A stretch of DNA of 64,000 bases from a plasmid. Each line of letters opens with the position of its first letter. Positions within the stretch are counted from its first letter, which is position 1. Position numbers and translations under genes: made by a program. The notes under the pieces are model-generated. The model made no database searches and was not told where the DNA came from. It saw only the letters and a program-made list of their open reading frames with translations. Location of the stretch: the sequence record NZ_KX832927.1. The stretch is one strand, 5' to 3'. Below, piece by piece: positions 39,846-47,664 of the stretch.

Positions 39846-40247
39846 TCACTTGGAATAATGCCCCTCTACTGTAATTTGTACCGGAGTGCAGCCAACACGT
39901 CCGGCACCATGGCAGCCATAGCAAGTTTCCCTTTCCCCAGTTTTCGGGTTGTCGTAATACCCGACACCGGCGCATACCTCGCAAGGGCAGCCATTTGCTG
40001 AGAGCTTTTTATACTTAAGCCATGTTTGCTCAAGCAATGTGCTTGGTTCTGCCTTTCCCGTAACCACATCCAACAAATGTTGGTGCTCGATATTGATGGG
40101 ATTGAGAACACCTTGCTCTAAAGCCCTAATCCAACACCCATTCAGCTCCAGCTCCATATTTTCCTGATGGCTAAATTGTCGCTCGAGCCATGCGGGTAAC
40201 AGAAAATCCATCTCTCGATATTTTTTATGTTGTTGTTCATCGTTCAT
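39846..40247 (-). CDS. Cys-rich (CxxC...CxxC zinc-ribbon-like) hypothetical cassette protein
   Basis: GCPCEVCAG...CYGCHGAG motifs. Confidence 0.45.
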   Translation of the reverse strand: MNDEQQHKKYREMDFLLPAWLERQFSHQENMELELNGCWIRALEQGVLNPINIEHQHLLDVVTGKAEPSTLLEQTWLKYKKLSANGCPCEVCAGVGYYDNPKTGERETCYGCHGAGRVGCTPVQITVEGHYSK

Positions 40248-40261
40248 GGTATCACCAGGGC

Positions 40262-40340
40262 ATACCCCGTTTTAACGCCTGGGCTCAGCGGCCGATTTGG
40301 AGGCGCACCGCGCCGGAAAACCGGTCCGCTGGAGCCCCTG
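40262..40340 (-). repeat. attC site of the DinB-like cassette
   Basis: TTAACGCC...CTGGTTATA cores. Confidence 0.5.
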
Positions 40341-40341
40341 G

Positions 40342-40884
40342 TTATACATTGTTCTGACTCGGGATCAGTGCTAGCAAATCCGTTACCCCAACGTCTTCGC
40401 CAGATTGCGAAAGTAGCGTAGTTACCTGCCCCCGATGATGAGTTTGATGATTGAAGAAATGATAGATCAAGGAGGAAAATCGTTTGGTGGCGGGCACACC
40501 CTTGGTATTCTGATAGCTGAGAATAAAATCTAAATCACTATCAGTGAGCCCTGAAATCCATTTGATGATTTTCTCATCTAGCCACTTTCGGTGGCTATAC
40601 AACTCATCAAGATCTTCGAAAATTATTTGGTTGAGGTTTTTGGGAGCCGCTAGCTCAGTGATTTCACGTAGTGGTTCAGCGCTTGCTGGTTGTGCAGCAA
40701 ACCTCTTTAGCCAAATCGTATCCCCAACAACGATATGGTTTAGCGTACCCAATATTGACCCGAAGAAGGCTCTTCGATCTTCTAAAAGAGCCGATTTGCT
40801 CAGGTTGCCTGCGGCGCCATATACCCTCTCATTCATCCACCGGTTGTATTCGGCCATCAGCTCAAAATGTTGTTTCAGGCTCAT
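40342..40884 (-). CDS. DinB/YfiT-family (DinB_2, metal-dependent) protein cassette
   Basis: His-rich triad HxxxD...H...H (FFNHQTHHRG). Confidence 0.6.
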   Translation of the reverse strand: MSLKQHFELMAEYNRWMNERVYGAAGNLSKSALLEDRRAFFGSILGTLNHIVVGDTIWLKRFAAQPASAEPLREITELAAPKNLNQIIFEDLDELYSHRKWLDEKIIKWISGLTDSDLDFILSYQNTKGVPATKRFSSLIYHFFNHQTHHRGQVTTLLSQSGEDVGVTDLLALIPSQNNV

Positions 40885-40904
40885 CTGACTGAGGTCCTTC
40901 TACT

Positions 40905-40995
40905 GTATAACGCCTCACATCACCGGGAGCGAAAAGCAAAGCGAGGGACGAGCGGTACTTTTTGCTCTCCGAGTGCATGTGATTGTTATGTAGTC
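40905..40995 (-). repeat. attC site of the Ere-like cassette
   Basis: TATAACGCC...GATTGTTAT cores. Confidence 0.55.
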
Positions 40996-41008
40996 CAATT
41001 TCCGATGC

Positions 41009-42232
41009 CTATAATTTCACTAATTTATCTTGGTTGGCGCTAGGAACGCAGAATATAGCGTCAAAGGCATCACTCACATTCGTCTCAACAGATGAGCTCT
41101 GCGATCTAACTCGGCTAGCGCCTTTAACGTCGTCCGACAATATTAAACATGAGCCCGCCACACCCCTAGCACTCATAATATGCTGTTCCACACTGTCTCT
41201 TTGGATTTTATCAGCGTCTGTGGGCTCCACCGAAAAGCCTAACGGACTGTCAGGCGAAGGAAACTGCATCTCCGGCACAGTACCCCCTAGATGCGTTGCT
41301 CCAATGGCACGGTAATCTTTCCTCCGATACGCAAGTTGCTGGCCCATAGGAACAGCCGTAAGTTCTCCAGAAAAGGAAACTGAAGTCTTCTGGATATGGT
41401 TGTTATGCGCAAGTAGAAGTATCTTCAAATTTGGATCTGCGTGAAGAAATCTCTCAACAGTGGTAGCTGTGAACATCTCACGAACGGAAGTGTCACCATC
41501 GAGTGAAGTGCCATCAAAGAGCATCTTCATGGTGCGCAATGTTTCGAGCGTATGTTCAATCGAACAGACACACTCCGACGCCCTTTGAAACAGCTCCTTT
41601 CCACCTCGCTGGACTAGAATTGGTTCCAATCCAGACAACCGCAACTTTAACCGACTAATCCGGGAGAAGGCTTGATCCTGTTTAGCGGTACCCAGTTCAC
41701 CCCATTGCGCGGATGAAATCACGGGGGAATCGCCACATATGGATTCCAAAGACTGGATTAACGCATCGACGTCCGGCTTCAAAATGGGATCCAGTAAATC
41801 AATAGCCGCGGACAATCTCTGTAAGTCGTCAAGTGGGTTCAGCGTATTGGGCAAATCAACGCCAACCACCATAATGCTTTTTCCAGTCTCTAAAAGATAA
41901 GATTTGAGCCAAGTCAGCACCGACCCATACAGAGCGAAGGTCAATGGGTTCGTGATTTCCTCTAGCTTATCCGTGCTCGCTGAAGATTTGAGCCATTCGG
42001 AGATCCGGTTACCCTGAACCGCCCCGCACTCCAGCCCAATTGCATTAAACTCGTGCATCTCTACAAAGTATCGGATGAAACTGGCTCTGGCCAAGGAAAA
42101 CTCAGAAACAAAGTGAGCCCCTTCGCCAATCCCTATCACTCTGGCATATTTCGCCATCGAAGATAGATCTTCAAGCTCACTGAAATCTACATTACAAGGC
42201 TGTAAGAGCGTTCTGATTGTTCTGTACGTCAT
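41009..42232 (-). CDS. erythromycin-esterase-family (Ere-like) hydrolase cassette, divergent
   Basis: VIGIGEGAHFVSEF (compare EreA/EreB LGEATHG) and LLAHNNH (AHNxH) motifs. 407 aa matches the family size. Confidence 0.65.
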   Translation of the reverse strand: MTYRTIRTLLQPCNVDFSELEDLSSMAKYARVIGIGEGAHFVSEFSLARASFIRYFVEMHEFNAIGLECGAVQGNRISEWLKSSASTDKLEEITNPLTFALYGSVLTWLKSYLLETGKSIMVVGVDLPNTLNPLDDLQRLSAAIDLLDPILKPDVDALIQSLESICGDSPVISSAQWGELGTAKQDQAFSRISRLKLRLSGLEPILVQRGGKELFQRASECVCSIEHTLETLRTMKMLFDGTSLDGDTSVREMFTATTVERFLHADPNLKILLLAHNNHIQKTSVSFSGELTAVPMGQQLAYRRKDYRAIGATHLGGTVPEMQFPSPDSPLGFSVEPTDADKIQRDSVEQHIMSARGVAGSCLILSDDVKGASRVRSQSSSVETNVSDAFDAIFCVPSANQDKLVKL

Positions 42233-42287
42233 ATGTTCAACTCAATATCTTCATTATGATGGATCTGCTGTATCTAGTTCCTAGGTC

Positions 42288-42410
42288 AGGATACATAACG
42301 CCCTGTTAAGGTGTGAGCAACGCAATACCGAAGCCTCCACACACCACCTTAATCACTTAAATCAACGCATAGTGAAAATGCCACGCGTTGCGAATCACTC
42401 TTGAACAGTT
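42288..42410 (-). repeat. attC site of the dfrA cassette (about 120 bp)
   Basis: ACATAACGCC...GTTTGTTAGCCC cores. Confidence 0.55.
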
Positions 42411-42412
42411 TG

Positions 42413-42886
42413 TTAGCCCTTTGTCCAAATTTGGTACGTGTAATCAATATTTGAACTGAAACTTTGCTCAAATGTTTGCTTGAAACTCTGTGGAACTGAA
42501 GGGAAAAACACGTCGCCAGAGATGTGCTTATGAATCACTGAAAGATGGATAACATCTGCTTGTTCGATTAATGCTTTGTAAATTTCACCACCACCAGAAA
42601 CAAAGACATGTGTTGTCGTGTTGTCTAAGTAAGCTAATGCCGATTCAACGCTTGTGAAATAAACAACATCAGGATCATTCGAGGCCATTTCAGTACGAGT
42701 AACCACAGCATATTTCCTATTCGGAAGTTTACCCATTGAGTCGAAAGTTTTACGACCGACTAAAAGCCAATGATTGTAAGTCATAGCTTTGAACAGGAGC
42801 TGCTCACCATATACATGCCAAGGTATATCCAATCCAGAGCCAATTACTCCATTCTCGGAAACAGCTGCCATAATGGATATTTTCAT
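42413..42886 (-). CDS. dfrA: trimethoprim-resistant dihydrofolate reductase, DfrA family (first cassette)
   Basis: 157 aa. [23 protein letters not shown]...[22 protein letters not shown]...VSGGGEIY...DYTYQIW.KG matches type A Dfr proteins; about 60-65% to dfrA1/dfrA6 as recalled by eye. Confidence 0.85.
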   Translation of the reverse strand: MKISIMAAVSENGVIGSGLDIPWHVYGEQLLFKAMTYNHWLLVGRKTFDSMGKLPNRKYAVVTRTEMASNDPDVVYFTSVESALAYLDNTTTHVFVSGGGEIYKALIEQADVIHLSVIHKHISGDVFFPSVPQSFKQTFEQSFSSNIDYTYQIWTKG

Positions 42887-43247
42887 TTTTCCTCCTGAGG
42901 GCTAACAGCTTATTAGTTTGCTTTCTTATTAAACCGCAACACCATCACCCAGTCCAATACTGCTTCACAACCTGAATAACCTCGATTTTTCAGATCATTA
43001 CCCCTCCATCTCAGGGGGCTTTTGAGCTTTTGGTTCTGTGAAAAGTGTGCACGCGGGATATTTATGCACGTTTTTGCACGTTAAATCCAGTGGGTCGAAT
43101 TTTTCCCATGCTGAAACAGATACCTACAGAGATGCATTGTGAAAAGTGAGCAGGGCCGTGCAAATTAAGCCGCAAGAATTTTGGTGTTTTTGGGTGTTTT
43201 TTATTATAACTGTACGTACATACAGCATTCAGCCACGGAGGGCGAGC
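42887..43247. promoter_or_regulatory. attI recombination site and Pc/Pint promoter region between the first cassette and intI
   Basis: Cassette boundary core GTTAGCC (reverse complement at 42900-42906). Divergent arrangement typical of integrons. Confidence 0.5.
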
Positions 43248-44216
43248 GTGTCGAAATCACCGTTTCTACAATCGGTCCGCACAGAAATTAGGACAAAGCA
43301 GTACAGCTACCGAACCGAGAAGTCCTATCTTTACTGGGTTCGTCAGTTCATCCTTTTCAATGACAAGAAGCACCCAAAAGTCATGGGTAATCACGAAATT
43401 GAGCGTTTCCTGAATCACCTCGCCGTCAATCGGGGAGTCAGTCCGGGCACTCAAAATCAGGCGCTATGCGCGATTATTTTTGTCTACAAGCATGTGCTGA
43501 AGCGGGAGATTGAAAACCTACAGTACAAGATGACGAAAACGCCTCGACGCATGCCAACCGTTCTGAGTCCCGATGAAGTTGCTTCTATTCTTCAAAACAT
43601 GGATGCAGAGTATTGGCTCATCACTGCGCTTCTTTATGGATGCGGTTTGAGAATCAACGAAGCTCTTTCGCTTCGCGTGAAAGACATCGACCTAAAAAGC
43701 CGCAGTTTGCTCGTATTCAACGGTAAGGGACGAAAAGATCGATACACACTGATTCCAGGCAATCTAAGAGAAAACATGGAGCGACAATTCGCCCATGTCA
43801 GGGCTGTACATGAGTCCGATCTGGCCGATGGATTCGGGCTTACGTCAGTGCCGGCCTCACTTCACAAGAAGTATGGACCGGCCATGAAGGACTTTGGTTG
43901 GCAGTACCTGTTCCCATCCGTAACAAGATGCGTTCATCCCATCGCTGGTTATGTGTGCCGCCACCATCTTCATCATTCATCGTACTCGCGGCGATTGAGG
44001 CAGGCCGTTCTGGCCACGGGAATCACCAAGCGTGTGACGGCTCATACCTTTCGGCATGCCTTTGCGACAGAGTTATTGAGATCGGGGAGCGATATCAGGA
44101 CGGTCCAGGAAATTCTTGGGCATAGCGACATTCGAACGACAGAAATCTACACGCATGTCATTGGCGATCGACGTGCTGGAACCGTCAGCCCTTTTGATCG
44201 TTTGCCAAGTTCTTGA
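43248..44216 (+). CDS. intI: integron integrase (IntI-type tyrosine recombinase)
   Basis: IntI-specific extra segment plus box I ALLYGCGLRINEALSLRVKDID and box II HTFRHAFATELLRSGSDIRTVQEILGHSDIRTTEIYTHV. GTG start after GGAGG gives 322 aa. Confidence 0.85.
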   Translation: MSKSPFLQSVRTEIRTKQYSYRTEKSYLYWVRQFILFNDKKHPKVMGNHEIERFLNHLAVNRGVSPGTQNQALCAIIFVYKHVLKREIENLQYKMTKTPRRMPTVLSPDEVASILQNMDAEYWLITALLYGCGLRINEALSLRVKDIDLKSRSLLVFNGKGRKDRYTLIPGNLRENMERQFAHVRAVHESDLADGFGLTSVPASLHKKYGPAMKDFGWQYLFPSVTRCVHPIAGYVCRHHLHHSSYSRRLRQAVLATGITKRVTAHTFRHAFATELLRSGSDIRTVQEILGHSDIRTTEIYTHVIGDRRAGTVSPFDRLPSS

Positions 44217-44300
44217 TGGGGCGTTGCTTACCCGTTTAAGGGGCGTAAAGCCTGGAATTGGGAGTGCGGCGAATGTCCGCTTTTGTTTATGAGCTGATTT

Positions 44301-44324
44301 CGAGGTATTTGACGACCAGCGATG
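44301..44324. repeat. 24-bp direct repeat, right copy (CGAGGTATTTGACGACCAGCGATG)
   Basis: Matches 37434-37457 with 1 mismatch. Confidence 0.6.
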
Positions 44325-44395
44325 ATCGTTTAAGATGAAGTTGCGGTACAGGGAGAGGTCCCGATGGCCGCGACCGGCGATGAGGGGGCGTGCCA

Positions 44396-46570
44396 TTAAT
44401 GGCTTACCCCCGAATCCCTCTCTTGCAGCAGCTCCCTCAAGAAACTCGCCCGCCTGGTGGCATTGCTTACCGATTTTACGATGGACGCAAAATCACTAGC
44501 CTGCCCGACAATATGTATCTCTGCCTCGGCACGGGTAATCGCCGTGTAAAGCCACGCACGGTCTGAGATACGCCCCGTCTGGACTGCCACGATGATTCTC
44601 GGGAACTGGCTCCCTTGAGCCTTGTGGAGCGTGATTCCGTAGCCAAGCTCCATGCAATCGAAGACTTCATCCGTAATTGAAATGGCTTCGCCGGTATCCA
44701 GCGTCACGACACCAAATGTTTCCTGGCCGTCCTTGGTGTCGCGCTCTGTTGAGGATAATACGCCAAGAGACCCATTCTGAATGCCGATGTTGTACTTGTT
44801 CCTGGTGAAGAGGATCGGGTCGCCCACTCTGATATCGAGGAAGAATTCATCGCCATGCAGTCTAAACTGCAAGCACTCCCCATCGGGATTGATCAGCTTT
44901 TGGCACTCACGGTTCACCTCGCCAACTAGAGCCTTGGTGGCTCCGATGATCTGAGTGTTATAGGGTGACTCCGCATACAAGGATTTGCACTTATCGACCA
45001 TCTTCTGCGGAGGCGTCTCGTGGAACGTGATTGCGCCAACCGATAACGCAGGAGGCACCTCACCCCGATTGATGGTGGCCGAGTATTCCGGGATGCCCGT
45101 TGAGTCTTCCTGGCGTTTGACGATGTTCAACTCAACCGTAGCGATTGCACCGGACTCAACGATGTCTGAGAGGACTTTGCCGCAGCCGATGGCTGGTAGC
45201 TGGTTCGGATCGCCGGTCAGGATGATGCGTACCGAAGGATCGAGGTGCGTAACAATCCGATACATGGTCGGCAGGTCGGTCATACTGGCTTCGTCGATGA
45301 CCAGGAGATGCTGCGCCTGATCCAGTGACGGCGAGATCGGCTCTTCCCGCAACAGGCGAGCAATTGTCATGGTGAAGAATCCGATGCTCTCGTGCAGTCG
45401 CATAGCAGCTCGCCCCGACAGAGCGACGGCATGAACCTGATAGCCTAGTGCGGCATAGGCTTTGAGCACGGCACGAAGGACCGTGGTTTTACCCGTACCG
45501 GCACCACCCGTAATGCAGGACACCGCATTGGTAAGGCTCAACTCGACCGCTTGGACCTGCTGCTCGGTCAGGTCGTAGGGCAACTCCTGAACGGCCTCGG
45601 TGAGCGCCTTGAAGACGGATTCATCTTCATTCTTGATGGCGGCCAGGGCCTTGAGCCGCTTCGCAACGACCGACTCCATCATGATTTGGGCGGTAGGGTG
45701 GTAGGTGCCGGTCTCTGGCCTGAGAATGAACTGGCCGTTGCGATAACCGCTGGCGAACGCCTCTGCGACCAGAGCTTTATCGCCCAGAAGCTTGGTCACC
45801 TCGGGCCTGAGCGCCGGATGGGAGGCGTAGGTGTGCCCCTTTTCTACCTCTTTTCGTATCGCGCTTTCTAACGCAGCTGCGAGCCGCACCGGTGCCGATT
45901 TATCCATGCCCATTTTTTCAGCAATCGCATCGATATCGGGAAAAGGCATTCCGAATCCGAGCAATGCGTAGGGATTGGTCTTGAGTACCTCAACGGTTCG
46001 ATTATCGTGGTACTTTAGAATGCGTTGCTGGATGCTCAGCGGCACTCCCAGAGAAGCCAGCCAATTCGCATGCGCAAGGTTTTTGTACTTGGCGTAGCCG
46101 TTGTATAGCGCGGTTACTGAAACCTCGCTAAGAACCTCCCTGAGACGGCCTCTGTGCTCGGAGGTATTGGATTGGAGCATGGGGTGCAGGTCACTGCCAA
46201 AAACGTTCCAGAGGGCGCGTGCTTTGGCCTCACCGATACCGGTGAACTCCTTTTCATTGGCAATGAAACGGATCAGCGCCTCGCCCGTTTCCGGCAGCGT
46301 GCACTCCATCTCAGCTGGGGCGTCATACAAATGTTGCTGAAGCTTATAATCGCCTGCCTGAACGGTCTCCAGCGTCCTTACGCCACGCACTCGCCATTGC
46401 TGACCAACGGACGGCTTGATAGGCAGGGACTGGTTTTCGCATCGGATGCTGACGATGTATTTGCCCGAGTTGATCTTGTAACTGTCAGTCTTGAGGGGAA
46501 CGCCCGTGAAGATCGTGTATTTATAGCCGTTATGCTGGCAGCTGGTGACACGGAAATACTCTTCATGCAT
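44396..46570 (-). CDS. RecD2-like (AAA_30 / UvrD_C_2) DNA helicase with N-terminal HhH region
   Basis: Walker A GGAGTGKTT. HhH FTGIGEAKARAL. Motif QAVELSLT...LVIDEASM. Confidence 0.7.
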   Translation of the reverse strand: MHEEYFRVTSCQHNGYKYTIFTGVPLKTDSYKINSGKYIVSIRCENQSLPIKPSVGQQWRVRGVRTLETVQAGDYKLQQHLYDAPAEMECTLPETGEALIRFIANEKEFTGIGEAKARALWNVFGSDLHPMLQSNTSEHRGRLREVLSEVSVTALYNGYAKYKNLAHANWLASLGVPLSIQQRILKYHDNRTVEVLKTNPYALLGFGMPFPDIDAIAEKMGMDKSAPVRLAAALESAIRKEVEKGHTYASHPALRPEVTKLLGDKALVAEAFASGYRNGQFILRPETGTYHPTAQIMMESVVAKRLKALAAIKNEDESVFKALTEAVQELPYDLTEQQVQAVELSLTNAVSCITGGAGTGKTTVLRAVLKAYAALGYQVHAVALSGRAAMRLHESIGFFTMTIARLLREEPISPSLDQAQHLLVIDEASMTDLPTMYRIVTHLDPSVRIILTGDPNQLPAIGCGKVLSDIVESGAIATVELNIVKRQEDSTGIPEYSATINRGEVPPALSVGAITFHETPPQKMVDKCKSLYAESPYNTQIIGATKALVGEVNRECQKLINPDGECLQFRLHGDEFFLDIRVGDPILFTRNKYNIGIQNGSLGVLSSTERDTKDGQETFGVVTLDTGEAISITDEVFDCMELGYGITLHKAQGSQFPRIIVAVQTGRISDRAWLYTAITRAEAEIHIVGQASDFASIVKSVSNATRRASFLRELLQERDSGVSH

Positions 46571-47006
46571 CGGGCGCTACTCCGAACTCTGTGAGGACTT
46601 CGGACAGTTCACCGTAACGTTTTAGCTTGGCTTCGAGGGTTGCCACCCGGGCCTTTAGTTCAATGTTTTCCTGCTCCAGCACTGAGAGCCTTCTCGATTC
46701 CATGGCTCTTTTGTTAACGCTGGGATCATAGCGTTTGGGTTCTGATCGCTGGGCCTTGGCGGTTTCGGTCAGTTCTGGCAGAACACCCCGATAACGCAGG
46801 TTCTGCTCCAGATTCTCCAATGCCGTTTTGATGGCCGGATTCTGGCGCAACGCGCTCTTTCCGATGCCTATGGCTTTGGCCACTTCGCCACGGTTTAACT
46901 GGCCCCGATGGAGGATCTGCTTAAAATCGTCATCCGTTTGGGTGGCCACCCAGCTCTGGAAGGCACTCAGGTTCTGACGTGCTCTTTCCTGACCATTACT
47001 CATCAA
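46563..47006 (-). CDS. HTH DNA-binding protein with coiled-coil C-terminus
   Basis: LNRGEVAKAIGIGKSALRQN helix-turn-helix. Heptad-like leucines. Confidence 0.45.
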   Translation of the reverse strand: MMSNGQERARQNLSAFQSWVATQTDDDFKQILHRGQLNRGEVAKAIGIGKSALRQNPAIKTALENLEQNLRYRGVLPELTETAKAQRSEPKRYDPSVNKRAMESRRLSVLEQENIELKARVATLEAKLKRYGELSEVLTEFGVAPDA

Positions 47007-47664
47007 TTTCCCCCAGGATCTTCTTGAGCCCGGTCAGGAAGCCACGAGGCAGGATTTCCACACCATACTCATCCTTCACCTGACCCAATTCGTTCGCCTG
47101 GAACCCGAGCTTTTCGAGCCACTCATCGGTGCAGACGGTTTGCAGGGCTTTAATCTCGTTGTCAGAGCAGACTCCCTTCAATGAGGGCAGCAGCTCCACA
47201 CTGGCGTCTGACTGGGGTTCACTGTAAACCGTAGGGCGCTTGTCGATGACGATCTGGGTTTGGTTCTTGAGCATGTTGGCTTCGCTCCTGTAGCGATCCC
47301 GCTCACGGATGATTTGCCCAAAAAGGGCTCGCACAGCTGTATCATCAATCCGCTCAAGCAACTGATGGTCCTGAGTTGGTCTCTTGGCAGGCCCTACCGG
47401 TGGCTTCTTGGTGGTGGTCTTCGCCTTAGCGGCCCACGCTTCAATCAGGTCCCGGTAATGCTTGTTCGCGGTGGCACGAATCGACTGATAGCCAACGCCG
47501 TCATTTTCCTCTGAGACACGCCCTATGGTGGTAATGGAGAAGTCCCGGGCACCGGATTCGTAGTAGTCCTTCAGGGTCTGGTTGAGCGTATCCAGGGACG
47601 ACTGTGTTTTAGCGGTTTTACCGTCCTTGAGGGACTCCAGAACCGCATTGGTATCGATGTTCAT
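46996..47664 (-). CDS. hypothetical protein (222 aa)
   Basis: Overlapping stop/start with both neighbours. Confidence 0.45.
   Translation of the reverse strand: MNIDTNAVLESLKDGKTAKTQSSLDTLNQTLKDYYESGARDFSITTIGRVSEENDGVGYQSIRATANKHYRDLIEAWAAKAKTTTKKPPVGPAKRPTQDHQLLERIDDTAVRALFGQIIRERDRYRSEANMLKNQTQIVIDKRPTVYSEPQSDASVELLPSLKGVCSDNEIKALQTVCTDEWLEKLGFQANELGQVKDEYGVEILPRGFLTGLKKILGEIDE

Larger units (their letters stand above)
37596..42906 (-). other. integron gene-cassette array of 8 cassettes, each ending in an attC site
   Basis: Eight minus-strand ORFs, each separated by an imperfect inverted-repeat attC element 80-120 bp long with RYYYAAC/GTTRRRY-like cores. The array abuts attI next to the divergent intI gene. 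Confidence 0.8.
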
